From positions 20,578 to 84,577 of the forward strand of contig CAJVYS010000001.1 of assembly GCA_913009875.1 (NCBI GenBank): DNA of 64,000 nt. The letters are read 5' to 3'. The DNA is from an uncultured Gammaproteobacteria bacterium (lineage in GTDB: Bacteria; Pseudomonadota; Gammaproteobacteria; SZUA-152). The notes beneath the pieces were generated by a model, which was not told the origin of the DNA, made no database searches, and worked only from the letters and a program-made list of their open reading frames with translations. Made by a program: the position numbers and the translations under genes. Shown here in pieces: positions 20,904 through 30,322 of this stretch (position 1 is the stretch's first letter; every line of letters begins with the position of its first letter).

Positions 20904-21053
20904 GTGAAGTTGTCCTCGGACGACAGGGATCAGCAGCCAGTTCTGAACGAAGAGCTACTGAAACGAGTCCTGTCACCCGCGAACCTTCACGCAGCCTGGA
21001 AGCAAGTGCGAAAGATCACTGACGAAACGCTCTTGGGCTGGCGCAGCAGATAA
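20904..21053 (+). pseudogene. Probable N-terminal remnant of a group II intron reverse transcriptase
   Basis: Manual frame from GTG 20904: ...EELLKRVLSPANLHAAWKQVR, like the RT0 start of class C intron RTs (LLERIL..DNL..A.KRV); similarity ends abruptly. Confidence 0.5.
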
Positions 21054-21103
21054 GGAGGGCGCGCCTTATGCGCCCACACGGGGCCGCGCGTAAAATTCGC
21101 ATC

Positions 21104-21251
21104 GTAGGGTGGGCGCCGCCCACCCTACTTGGCTGCGCGATAACTTGTGGGAGCGACTTTAGTCGCGAAGATTAAACCAGAATTTTTTCGCGGCTGAAGC
21201 CGCTCCCACCAGTGAGTAGGTTGGGGTGAGCGTTTTTTTGTGAACCCCAAC
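21104..21251. repeat. Mixed REP cluster: family B (21104-21128), A (21147-21209), C (21216-21251)
   Basis: Three distinct GTAG/GTGG hairpin families within 150 bp. Confidence 0.8.
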
Positions 21252-21375
21252 ATGCAGAGTAACGCCGACCTTCGCTCCTCGATAGTTTTTTCCTAACATT
21301 TTGTATTGAACGTCCGTATCAGTCGCCCATTTGCCCCCTTTCATCACCAGCTATTTCAAGGTGTGATACCCGACA

Positions 21376-21909
21376 CTACATAACCAGCACCGGCTCCGCC
21401 CCCTGCCATTTCAGCCGCTGTTGCCACTTTACGGGATCATCGTTGCCACTGTCGAGAATTAGCACGGTCTTGCCGTCCATGATGGCATCGTGCAGCACCT
21501 CAAGGTGTTCCTCAGGAATGCCCATGCGCCGCAGGGCAATGGTGACATGGGTGACGGCGGCACCGCCGGACATCAGGCCGGCGCCGGCGATGGCTCCGGC
21601 AATGGCGTCGACGATGGGCCCGGCGATCAGCAGCGGGCCGACGCCAGGCAGTAGCACCAGGCCGGCGGTTCCCGCCAGCAGCCCGCCGAGCGCGCCCCAC
21701 AGCGCGCCCTGCGTGCCCCAGACCTTGAAGCGTTCTTTCTCGTCCGCGTAGGCGATGCCGAGTACGTCGTCGCCCTGCCCACCGGCGCGGTGCAGGACGG
21801 ATACCTGATCCATGGGGAAGTCGTGTTCGATCATGTCTTCCACGACGGTAAAGGCGCGGCCTTCGTTATCGAATACGCCGGCAACGAAATGTTTTCTGTG
21901 TGCGGTCAT
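21376..21909 (-). CDS. Membrane protein, general-stress/DUF1269-like
   Basis: Gly-rich hydrophobic core GALWGALGGLLAG...PGVGPLLIAGP...ALRRMGIPEE. Confidence 0.7.
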   Translation of the reverse strand: MTAHRKHFVAGVFDNEGRAFTVVEDMIEHDFPMDQVSVLHRAGGQGDDVLGIAYADEKERFKVWGTQGALWGALGGLLAGTAGLVLLPGVGPLLIAGPIVDAIAGAIAGAGLMSGGAAVTHVTIALRRMGIPEEHLEVLHDAIMDGKTVLILDSGNDDPVKWQQRLKWQGAEPVLVM

Positions 21910-21968
21910 AAGAATACTCCTTCGTCATCCAGTTTCAGTTAGTCAGGCATTGATCGTTGACCATCGGC

Positions 21969-24578
21969 TTACGCGATCCCTTCCCTGCGCAGCATGCGGT
22001 AGGTCCAGACCTTCACGGCGTCGTTGATGAGAAACCAGATCAGCGCATAGGCCCAGATCAGCAGTGCATACTCCCAGCCGATGGGGGTAATGAAGATGCC
22101 GTAGACAGCGATCAGGGTGCCGAAGATCTCGGTGCCGAAGGTGGCCCAGAACAGCAGCGGCGACGGCCACGGGCGCTGCCAGAACCAACCCTCCGCGCGC
22201 GTGATATAGAGTGTGCTGTGGCCGGCGATGATCAGCTTGAGGAACAACAGTGTGCGGATCACCTCCTCGTCCATGCCCTTTTCCTGCAGGATGAAAAACA
22301 AGATGAAGGACGACACCACGCCCGTGATGCCTAACACGCTGGAGACGGTCAGCAGCTCACGCATATTCCAGCGTACCGGCGTTTGGTGGATCCTGGTGTT
22401 ATCGTAGGCGATGGCGAGTATCGGGATGTCGTTGAGCAGCGCCAGCAGGATGATCATCAGCGCAGTGATGGGATAGAAATCGAACACAATGATGGACAGG
22501 GTCATGAAGAGGATGATGCGAATGGTCTCCGCAATGCGGAAGGTGGCATAGCTCTTCATGCGCGCAAAGGTGATGCGCGCCTGTTTAATGGCGCTGTTGA
22601 TCACCGACAGGCCGGGGGTGGTGAGGATGATGTCGGCGGCGGCGCGCGCAGCGTCGGTGGCGTTGGAGACGGCGAAGCCGCAGTCGGCCTTTTTCAGTGC
22701 CGGTGCATCGTTAACGCCATCGCCGGTCATGGCGACGATGTGATCACCCTTTTGCAAAGTGTCGACAATGCGGTACTTGTCCTCCGGCACCACCTCGGCA
22801 AAGATGTCCACTTCCTCGATCATCTCGATGATGGCCGACTCATGGGTGTGCACGAATTCCCGCTCCAGCAGACGTGTATCGTAGATTGACTGCACCTCCG
22901 ACATGACCTCGGCGGCAAATTGCTTGGCCTCCTTGGTCGATACGTCACCCTTCAGACGTCGATAGATGGCGGCGGCCAGTGCCTCCGACAGGGCCAGCAA
23001 CTCATTGGAGGTGGTGCCGGACAACTGCACCGAGCGAATGGTGCGCTGCTCCAGCCCCAGTAAGCGGCCAATCTCCTTGGCAATGGCGAGGTTGTCGCCG
23101 GTGACCATCTTCACCCGCACACCGTAGCGTTTCATCTCCTCGATGACCTGACGTGAGTCTTCGCGGGGCGGATCGTAGAGGGGAATCAGGCCGACCAGTT
23201 GCAGCTTTTGGCCGTCATTGTCGCGGCGGCCAACGGCGAGGGTGCGATAGCCCTTGGAGGCCAGCAGGTCGACGGTCTTGTTGAGGTCGAAGGCCACCTC
23301 CTCGTCCAGCTCGGCCATTTCGATGAGCACCTGGGCGGCGCCCTTGACGGCCTGGAAGTGTTCATCGCCGTGAACGATGTTGGCCTCGGTGCGCTTGCGG
23401 ATCGGGTCGAAGGGGGTGAAGTCGAGCTGCCGGTAATCCGCCAGCGGTAGCTGCGGGAAGTGTTCGTCGATGTAGTGGAACAGCGGCAGTTCGATGGGGT
23501 CGTTGTTCTCCAGCCGCGATGCCAGCGCCGCGGTCAGGAACAGTTCCTGTTCGCGGTGCCCATGCAGCACCACCGGCTCGGCGACGCGCATTTCATTGCG
23601 GGTCAGGGTGCCGGTCTTGTCGCTGCAGAAGATGTCAACACCGGCCAGCTCCTCGATGGCGGTGAGCCGCGAGACGATGGCCTGCTTGCGCGCCAGGTTC
23701 ATGGCCCCCACGGCCATGGTCAACGACAGCACAGCGGGCAGCGCGACGGGAATGGCGGCGACGGTCAACACCAGTGCGAAGCGGGCGATTTCCAGAAAGG
23801 GCTCATGGCGGAACAGGGACACCAGCACGATGAGCATCACCAGAACGAGGGTCAGCAGAATGAGGAAGTTGCCGATCTGGATGACCATTTTCTGGAAATG
23901 GCTGCGCTCTTCGAGCTGAGCCTTGGCCACCAGCGAGGCGACGCTGGAAAAATTGGTGCGCATGCCCGTGTTGATCACCACCGCCAGCATCTCGCCCTGC
24001 TTGACGATGGTATTGGCGTAGGCGACCTCGTTGAGCTTCTTGCTCACCGGCAAAGATTCACCGGTGAGGGCCGACTGATCAATGAGCAGGTAATCACCCT
24101 TCAGCAGCTGCACGTCGCCGGGTACGATGTCACCTATTTTCAGTTTGACGATATCACCGGGCACCAGTTCGCGTGCCTCCACGGTGGTGAATTTGCCATC
24201 ACGCAGTACGATAACCTCGATGGCGAGGCGCTGCCTCAGGGCCTTGAGGGCATTCAGCGCGCGGTGTTCCTGGAAGAAATCCAGAGACGCATTGACCAAC
24301 AGCATGACGGTGATAATGGCGAAGTCTTCCCACTTCCGCACGATGGCGGACAGCAACGCCGCCACCTCGATCATCCACGGAATCGGCCCCCAGAAGCGGC
24401 GGAAGATGCGATGCCAGAGCGGCTCCTCGCGCTCCTCGATTTCGTTATAACCATACTGCGCCCGACGTGCCGTGGCTTCGGCCCCGGCGAGGCCGCACTC
24501 GGCATCTGCCTGCAACTGAGCCAGCGTCTCTGCGACGACCTGTTGGGCATAATCATCCGTCGGCTTGTTGAATGTCAT
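21969..24578 (-). CDS. Plasma-membrane-type proton-efflux P-type ATPase (P3A)
   Basis: FWGPIPWMIE, DQSALTGES, IPVALP, CSDKTGTLT, MVTGD, GDGVNDAPAL, LLNDIP; likely start MTFNKP at 24578. Confidence 0.9.
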   Translation of the reverse strand: MTFNKPTDDYAQQVVAETLAQLQADAECGLAGAEATARRAQYGYNEIEEREEPLWHRIFRRFWGPIPWMIEVAALLSAIVRKWEDFAIITVMLLVNASLDFFQEHRALNALKALRQRLAIEVIVLRDGKFTTVEARELVPGDIVKLKIGDIVPGDVQLLKGDYLLIDQSALTGESLPVSKKLNEVAYANTIVKQGEMLAVVINTGMRTNFSSVASLVAKAQLEERSHFQKMVIQIGNFLILLTLVLVMLIVLVSLFRHEPFLEIARFALVLTVAAIPVALPAVLSLTMAVGAMNLARKQAIVSRLTAIEELAGVDIFCSDKTGTLTRNEMRVAEPVVLHGHREQELFLTAALASRLENNDPIELPLFHYIDEHFPQLPLADYRQLDFTPFDPIRKRTEANIVHGDEHFQAVKGAAQVLIEMAELDEEVAFDLNKTVDLLASKGYRTLAVGRRDNDGQKLQLVGLIPLYDPPREDSRQVIEEMKRYGVRVKMVTGDNLAIAKEIGRLLGLEQRTIRSVQLSGTTSNELLALSEALAAAIYRRLKGDVSTKEAKQFAAEVMSEVQSIYDTRLLEREFVHTHESAIIEMIEEVDIFAEVVPEDKYRIVDTLQKGDHIVAMTGDGVNDAPALKKADCGFAVSNATDAARAAADIILTTPGLSVINSAIKQARITFARMKSYATFRIAETIRIILFMTLSIIVFDFYPITALMIILLALLNDIPILAIAYDNTRIHQTPVRWNMRELLTVSSVLGITGVVSSFILFFILQEKGMDEEVIRTLLFLKLIIAGHSTLYITRAEGWFWQRPWPSPLLFWATFGTEIFGTLIAVYGIFITPIGWEYALLIWAYALIWFLINDAVKVWTYRMLRREGIA

Positions 24579-25879
24579 GATTGCCCCCCGCCGGTAAACA
24601 GCCAGCGCCGCTGGCTGAAGAGGACCTCGACCATTATCACTACCGCGTAGATAACCAGCAGTGCATAGAAGACAGCGGGCCGGGACTGCCACAGATAAAC
24701 CAACAACACCCCCAGCGAAACCAGCGACAGAATCATCCCCGCCATGGGTGCGGATGCACGGATACCAATGATCTTGCGCAGCCGCCAGGCAGAGAGATTG
24801 ATGGCGGCGAAGATAAGCAGAAAGGTGGCACTGGCGAAGGAAGAGATCATGGTCAGGTCGCTGGTGTTAACGAATACCAGGGTCACGCCAGTGATGATGA
24901 CCAGACTCGCCCAAGGGATGCCGTTCTGCCGGCGGCGAAAACCAAACACCCTCGGCAGGGCCTTGCTCCTGGCCATTTCACTGCCCAGGCGGGCGGTGCC
25001 GAACAGGGTGGCATTAATCGCCGAGGCAGTGGAAAACAGTGCCGCCAGTCCAATGAGCAGAAAACCGGCCTGACCCAGAAAGGGCTTGGCGGCCTCGGCC
25101 AGTGCATATTCCTTGTAGCGGACGACCTCATCCGGCAGCAGATTGCCCACCGCCACCAACGACACGGTGATGTAGATGAACGTCGTGATAACGATGGACC
25201 ACATGATACCGCGCGCGAGGTTACGCTGCGGATCCTGCATTTCATTGACGGCATTGGGAATCAACTCAAAGCCCTCGTAGGCGACGAAGATCAGCGCCGC
25301 GCCCATCAATACACCACCGATACCCTGATTGAATACCGGCAGCACATAGTCCTCCTTGATGTATATCAGCCCGATGGCGGCGAACAGCAACAGGATCAGC
25401 ACCTTGGCGGTGACGATGATCAGTTCGGTATTGCCGGTCTCGCGCACGCCATAGAGATTGATGCCGAGAAACAGCAACAGGACGAAGGACGCCAGCAGGT
25501 GGTGCATGGCGGGGTCGGCCGTACTGCCCAGCATGGCGGAACCATAGATGCCGAAGGTGAAGGCATACAGGCCCATAGTGCCGATGTAGCCCGCCAGCAG
25601 CAGCCAGCCGCCGATACCGGCGATGGTGGGGTGGGTGAAGGCCTGTTCCAGATAAGTGAAACTGCCACCGTCCGAGCGATAGGTCAGCCCCAGCCGCGCA
25701 TAGGACCAACCGGTCAACAGGGCGATCACACCGCCGAGGGCAAAGGCGATGGGTGCGGCATGGCCCGCCTGCACCATGGCCAGGCCGAGCACGGAAAAGA
25801 TACCACCGCCGACCATGCCACCCACACCCATGGCGATGACCTGTTTGAGGTCCAGTTTACCGTTCGTTTCGGTAGACAT
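24575..25879 (-). CDS. APC family amino acid permease
   Basis: GVGGMVGGGIFS, FVAYEGFELI, about 12 hydrophobic segments. Confidence 0.9.
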   Translation of the reverse strand: MSTETNGKLDLKQVIAMGVGGMVGGGIFSVLGLAMVQAGHAAPIAFALGGVIALLTGWSYARLGLTYRSDGGSFTYLEQAFTHPTIAGIGGWLLLAGYIGTMGLYAFTFGIYGSAMLGSTADPAMHHLLASFVLLLFLGINLYGVRETGNTELIIVTAKVLILLLFAAIGLIYIKEDYVLPVFNQGIGGVLMGAALIFVAYEGFELIPNAVNEMQDPQRNLARGIMWSIVITTFIYITVSLVAVGNLLPDEVVRYKEYALAEAAKPFLGQAGFLLIGLAALFSTASAINATLFGTARLGSEMARSKALPRVFGFRRRQNGIPWASLVIITGVTLVFVNTSDLTMISSFASATFLLIFAAINLSAWRLRKIIGIRASAPMAGMILSLVSLGVLLVYLWQSRPAVFYALLVIYAVVIMVEVLFSQRRWLFTGGGQS

Positions 25880-26020
25880 TCGTGCTGGCTCTGTTGTTGT
25901 TTTTTGATGGCCCCGTTGTCGGGGAATGGCATGTCCATCCTGTGCGCACGGCGCACACTACAGCCGCCCGCGTAGCGTGCGCCGCGCGCACGTCGGCACT
26001 GAAATTACCAATTCGCTACG

Positions 26021-26524
26021 CTAACGCTCGATGTCGATACGCCGTGTCTGATAGGCCTTGGCGATAGGCAGCTTAACGGTCAGTACGCCGCGACGGTATT
26101 TCGCCTTGGCATGGCCGTCATCCACGGGCCTGGGTAGGGGAATGGCGCGCTCGAATTCGCCATAGGCACATTCCAGCAGATGATAACGGCCCTCCGTATC
26201 GCTGCGCTGCCAGTGCTTTTCACCGCGGATCAGCAAGGTGTCGTCGATCACCTGAATATCAAAGTCGTCCGCCTCCATGCCCGGCACCTCAAGACGTACG
26301 ATAAGCTCCTTGCCGGTCTCCTTGATCTCGGCGCCGAGCACGCTCCAGCCAGGCGTCGCCGGCAGCCACTCACTGCCCTGCGCCTGCAAGTCATCATCGC
26401 GCTTCTTCGGCGTGAAGCGGGTCACCGCATTGCGGGCCTTGTCCCACAGCCGGCTCCAGCCCTCAGCCACATTGTCGAGGACGTTCGCAGCACGTTGTTT
26501 GATCGGGTTCAGTATTGCCATCAT
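26021..26524 (-). CDS. Small heat shock protein (Hsp20)
   Basis: V.LEVPGM...DF.I.V....L.IRGEK...ECAYGEFER.IPLP..V....A.A.Y..GVL.V.LP. Confidence 0.92.
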   Translation of the reverse strand: MMAILNPIKQRAANVLDNVAEGWSRLWDKARNAVTRFTPKKRDDDLQAQGSEWLPATPGWSVLGAEIKETGKELIVRLEVPGMEADDFDIQVIDDTLLIRGEKHWQRSDTEGRYHLLECAYGEFERAIPLPRPVDDGHAKAKYRRGVLTVKLPIAKAYQTRRIDIER

Positions 26525-26592
26525 CCACCTCCTGTTTTGCAGATTTCCAATCGAGGGAAAACCGCCCCCGCATTGCCAATGACTATCCTGAT

Positions 26593-26620
26593 AATTGGGG
26601 TTGGCCGCAGGAATATCAAT
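26593..26620 (-). promoter_or_regulatory. Possible sigma32-like promoter for hsp20
   Basis: Minus strand ATTGATA-N13-CCCCAATT resembles CTTGAAA-N13-17-CCCCATNT; weak match. Confidence 0.3.
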
Positions 26621-26760
26621 CGGCCGGAGCGGTTATGTGTAGGGTGGGGGAAGCTCCCCTCGCTTGGCCCCTTCGGGATTTCCCGGCCCGTTTGCTTGGG
26701 TCGGAATCTTGGTATTTAATGGCTGGCGAAAGCCGTGGAGTTTTATTGGGCGGAAGTCAT

Positions 26761-26837
26761 GTAGGGTGGGCACGTTTTGTGTGCCCACGCGGAATTGCTC
26801 GAACGATGCGGTTCGCTACCGTTCATCAGCATCCTAC
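26761..26837. repeat. Hybrid REP pair: family B (26761-26787) and inverted family E (26805-26837)
   Basis: GTAGGGTGGGCAC...GTGCCCAC and GATGCGGTTCGCTACCGTTCATCAGCATCCTAC. Confidence 0.75.
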
Positions 26838-26850
26838 ATAGGCGACTGAA

Positions 26851-27168
26851 TCAGATCCCTGAGACAATCAGATCAATGGCATCAATAAATTCAGATCGAT
26901 AATCTGAAACATTGGCAACTTCGGCGCCCAACAATGTCCTGTCTATCCCGGCAAGTTGTTGCGTGAGAGCTGCGTATTTGACGCCATCAATTTCCACGAT
27001 TGGGCAAAGTTTTGTTATGACCTGCTCTTTTACTACGGAGTATTTTCCGAGCGGGACAACGATGGTTGTGCGAAGCTGGTCCAAAAGATCCGATTGAATA
27101 TCGAGCAGATAGGGGAAGGTCTTTTTCGTTCTGGGATTCTTGTTTTTATAGACGGTAAACTGACTCAT
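26851..27168 (-). CDS. ccdB: CcdB family toxin
   Basis: MSQF.VY.N......FPYLLDIQSDLL..L.T.IVVPL.........L.P...IDG......TQQLAGI. Confidence 0.88.
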   Translation of the reverse strand: MSQFTVYKNKNPRTKKTFPYLLDIQSDLLDQLRTTIVVPLGKYSVVKEQVITKLCPIVEIDGVKYAALTQQLAGIDRTLLGAEVANVSDYRSEFIDAIDLIVSGI

Positions 27169-27410
27169 CAGAAGCGCCTGATGCCATCGCTAAAAACCCC
27201 CTCCTCCTCCACAAAATCGTTATAGACCTGAATCGCCTTTGCGTTTTCCTGAAGCCAGCGTTCTCTTTGTTTAATCTTTATTCGTCTGGCAAGCTCATAT
27301 TCAAGTGTGGCGGAAAGATTGATATTCATCTCGCGCGCCGTTGAAAGCAAGTCGCTGTTTATTGAGACATTTGTTGGTTTCTTGGGGGCTTTGCTGTTGT
27401 AGGCTTTCAT
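27168..27410 (-). CDS. ccdA: CcdA family antitoxin
   Basis: KKPTNVSIN.DLL..AR...INLSA.LE..L.......W..EN..AI..YN.FVE..G.F. Confidence 0.9.
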   Translation of the reverse strand: MKAYNSKAPKKPTNVSINSDLLSTAREMNINLSATLEYELARRIKIKQRERWLQENAKAIQVYNDFVEEEGVFSDGIRRF

Positions 27411-27433
27411 CGTCAGACTTCCGGCAAGGATAC

Positions 27434-27452
27434 TGCGTATAGTCTATGCGCA
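27434..27452. promoter_or_regulatory. Putative ccdAB operator palindrome
   Basis: TGCGTATAG-T-CTATGCGCA, one mismatch. Confidence 0.45.
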
Positions 27453-27582
27453 TGCCGGCTAATGATCAATAATGGGCATCTGAACACGGCATATTAGGTG
27501 GCCGGGTTAATAGGATATCCAGTAACAGGCACTCCTGCCGCTGAATAAACAAGAAAATCGACCAAAATAAGAGCCTGAATTC

Positions 27583-28956
27583 ATGACCGAAGACAAGAAC
27601 ACCGCACGCATCAGCCCCTACGGGCATCTGGACATCCTCTCTCAGGCGGAGGTGAATCTGCTGGTCAAGGCCAGTGGCGCCGATGGCTGTTACGACATCT
27701 TCCGCCGCTGTTCACTGGCAGTGCTCAACGTGGGCAGCGATCTGGATGACACCAAGGAGGTGCTGGAAAAATACCGTGACTTCGACATCCAGGTCATCTC
27801 CCGGGAACGTGGCGTCAAGCTGGAGGTGGAGAACGCCCCGGCCAGCGCCTTCGTCGATGGTGAGATGATTACGGGTATCCGTGAACACCTATTCGCGGTG
27901 TTGCGCGACATCGTCTATGCACGCAACGAGATCGAACTCAGCGGCCGCTTCGATCTAAAGGATTCCAGCGGCATCACCAATGCCGTGTTTCACATCTTGC
28001 GTAATGCCAGCATCATCGAGCCACAAAGCGAGCCGGATCTGGTGATCTGCTGGGGTGGCCATTCCATCAGCCGCGGGGAATACGAATACACCAAGGAGGT
28101 GGGCCACGAGCTGGGCCTGCGTGGATTGAACATCGGCACCGGCTGCGGGCCGGGGGCCATGAAGGGGCCGATGAAGGGGGCCACCATCGGCCATTCCAAA
28201 CAGCGCATCTACAGTGGCCGTTACGTCGGTATCACCGAGCCGGGTATCATTGCCGCGGAATCGCCTAACCCTATCGTCAACGAGCTGGTGATCCTGCCCG
28301 ACATCGAAAAACGCCTGGAGGCCTTCGTGCGCACGGGGCATGGGCTGATCGTGTTTCCCGGCGGTGCCGGCACGGCAGAGGAGATCCTTTATCTGCTGGG
28401 CATTCTGCTACACCCGGATAACGCGGAAATCCCCTTCCCGCTGATCTTCACCGGACCGAAGAGCAGCGAGGACTATTTCCGCCAGATCCACCACTTCATC
28501 GAGCAGACCCTGGGCTTCGAGGCGCAGCAGAAGTACAAGATCATCATTGACGACCCGGCCCTGGTGGCACGGGAGATGCTACTGGGAATGGAGGCCGTGC
28601 GGCAGTTCCGTCGCGCCAATAGCGATGCCTTTTACTACAACTGGATTTTGCATATCGACCGCGAATTTCAGAAGCCCTTCGAGCCGAGCCACGAAAACAT
28701 GGCGCAGCTGGAACTGCACCGCAACCAGGACAATCACCATCTGGCCGCCCACCTGCGACGCGCCTTTTCCGGCATTGTTGCCGGCAACGTCAAGGAAGAC
28801 GGCATCCGTGCCATCGAGGAACACGGACACTTCGAGATCCGCGGCGATGCGGCGATCCTGCAACCATTGGACGAATTGCTCGAATCCTTCGTGCAACAGC
28901 AGCGCATGAAGCTGCCGGGCAAGCAGTATGTGCCCTGTTACAAGGTGATTCGCTGA
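27583..28956 (+). CDS. ppnN: Nucleotide 5'-monophosphate nucleosidase (LOG family)
   Basis: CWGGHSI, GCGPGAMKGPMKGA, GITEPGIIAAE.PN, EKRLEAFVR, FPGGAGTAEE, RMKLP. Confidence 0.93.
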   Translation: MTEDKNTARISPYGHLDILSQAEVNLLVKASGADGCYDIFRRCSLAVLNVGSDLDDTKEVLEKYRDFDIQVISRERGVKLEVENAPASAFVDGEMITGIREHLFAVLRDIVYARNEIELSGRFDLKDSSGITNAVFHILRNASIIEPQSEPDLVICWGGHSISRGEYEYTKEVGHELGLRGLNIGTGCGPGAMKGPMKGATIGHSKQRIYSGRYVGITEPGIIAAESPNPIVNELVILPDIEKRLEAFVRTGHGLIVFPGGAGTAEEILYLLGILLHPDNAEIPFPLIFTGPKSSEDYFRQIHHFIEQTLGFEAQQKYKIIIDDPALVAREMLLGMEAVRQFRRANSDAFYYNWILHIDREFQKPFEPSHENMAQLELHRNQDNHHLAAHLRRAFSGIVAGNVKEDGIRAIEEHGHFEIRGDAAILQPLDELLESFVQQQRMKLPGKQYVPCYKVIR

Positions 28957-29012
28957 GTTGGGGTTAGCGGGCTGTTGGCCACAAAGAGAATGCCTGATTC
29001 ATTCCCTTTTAC

Positions 29013-29161
29013 CGTCCTACCGGCGCAGGCCAGAATCCAGGAAATTCAAAGCACTGGACCCCGTGCTTTCGCCGGGGTGACGAAAGAAAATCGATCAGAG
29101 ATTCCTTAATACCTATTGAAAAACGTCAAATCTCTGGATTCCGGCCTGCGCCGGAATGACG
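29013..29161. repeat. CGTC-type REP cluster
   Basis: CGTCCTACCGGCGCAGGCCAGAATCCAG (29013-29040) inverted to CTGGATTCCGGCCTGCGCCGGAATGACG (29134-29161); third half copy 29054-29082. Confidence 0.75.
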
Positions 29162-29164
29162 AAT

Positions 29165-29593
29165 CTAAGCCTGCGTCTGAGCGCGTTGCTCATCCAGATA
29201 CCAGTCGTAGGAGCAGTCCAGCTGGATGCGCACACGGGTGATGCCTTCAAGGCCGTCGTCGATCATGGTGGCCAACGGGGTGCGGCCATCGAGGCGTCGG
29301 TTGCGGCGGTGCAACCACATAACGGCGGCGCGCTCATTGAGCGGGTTGGCCAGACTCAAAGCCTGCGAGATACCGAGCAGATGCTCGACGCGGGTTACCA
29401 CGTTCTCGTCATTGGGCAGAGTCTTGCCGTTATGGAAGCCCTGTAGCGAACGCGGCTTGGTCGCGGCGGGAAGTCCCAGCAGGTTGATTTTTTCGTGATC
29501 CCCGACGCCCCAGTGGTCGAGTAGAGAAATCATCATACTGGCCAGTGCAGCCTGTTCATCCAGTTTCTCAGTTGTCATGCGTTCCACCCCCAT
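29165..29593 (-). CDS. Xre/MbcA/ParS (DUF2384)-like antitoxin, no adjacent toxin
   Basis: LLDHWG....K..LLGL...RVEHLL.I..AL....P.....A..WL...N....GRTPL..M...G..G..RVR..LD. Confidence 0.7.
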   Translation of the reverse strand: MGVERMTTEKLDEQAALASMMISLLDHWGVGDHEKINLLGLPAATKPRSLQGFHNGKTLPNDENVVTRVEHLLGISQALSLANPLNERAAVMWLHRRNRRLDGRTPLATMIDDGLEGITRVRIQLDCSYDWYLDEQRAQTQA

Positions 29594-29677
29594 GAGGCCC
29601 GTTGCCCCCGTCTGTGTGCATTTATAAATCCTTGATAACGAACCAAGCCTAGCATAATTTCATACTATTTTACTAGG

Positions 29678-30090
29678 TTATGACTGGCGTCTCAGCGGAT
29701 CCTGGCGATAACAGCCAATCAGCTGTTCATAAACTTCTGCACAATAGTGCTGCAACACATTGGGGTACATAAAGAAATACTCGCTGATCACGGCAAAGAA
29801 TTCGGCCGGATGGGTGGTGGCATAGTCATCAATGCAGGCCGCCTCATGATGGAAAACCTGGTCCTGCAGGCGGGCAAAGGCCTGACTCAGCACGGTGGTC
29901 CAGCGCTGCAGGTTCATCTCCGGGTGCAATGGTGGAAAGCCATTGGCGCGTCCGTTCAACATATCCAGCTTGTGCGAAAACTCATGCAGGACGAGATTGC
30001 TCCCTGCCCTGCCGCCCGTCAGCTCCTGCGCAATACTGCCCCATGACAGGATCACCGGTCCGCGCTGCCAGGACTGCCCCATCAAGCACG
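29678..30090 (-). pseudogene. 3' fragment of an MtfA / peptidase M90 family zinc protein
   Basis: GQSWQRGPVILSW, NLVLHEFSHKLD (HExxH), YA.THPAEFFAV.SEYFF; N-terminal half absent. Confidence 0.75.
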
Positions 30091-30217
30091 CCCGCCGCAG
30101 CCGCAGCACCCATGAATGGGCGAAGCAGTTCGTCGACTACGGCGATACGGAGAATTACCGGCAGCGACTAAAGGAATTGCGCCGGGAGTTTCGTCGTTCC
30201 GAACATTGAGAGTGAAC

Positions 30218-30250
30218 GATGCGGTTCGCTACCGTTCACCGGCATCCTAC
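30218..30250. repeat. REP singlet, family E
   Basis: GATGCGGTTCGCTACCGTTCACCGGCATCCTAC, two mismatches to 26805-26837. Confidence 0.75.
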
Positions 30251-30300
30251 AAAAAAGGGGCTGTACCCCGCCGGAAAATGCCCGGATGAGGTACAGCCCC
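30251..30300 (-). terminator. Rho-independent terminator after idrA-like gene
   Basis: 11-bp stem GGGGCTGTACC/GGTACAGCCCC followed by T6 on minus strand. Confidence 0.7.
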
Positions 30301-30322
30301 TGCTGGGTGCCGTCTGCTTGCT

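Noticed and set aside
20819-21022. 67-aa ORF from the track
   Set aside because: No motif; the informative frame is the RT-like one starting at 20904
7981-21251. CRISPR array suggested by recurring GTAGGTTGGGG units
   Set aside because: Units are dispersed inverted pairs with GTAG ends, not regularly spaced direct repeats; no cas genes
23460-25975. 396-aa and 464-aa plus-strand ORFs
   Set aside because: Antisense shadows of the H+-ATPase and APC permease
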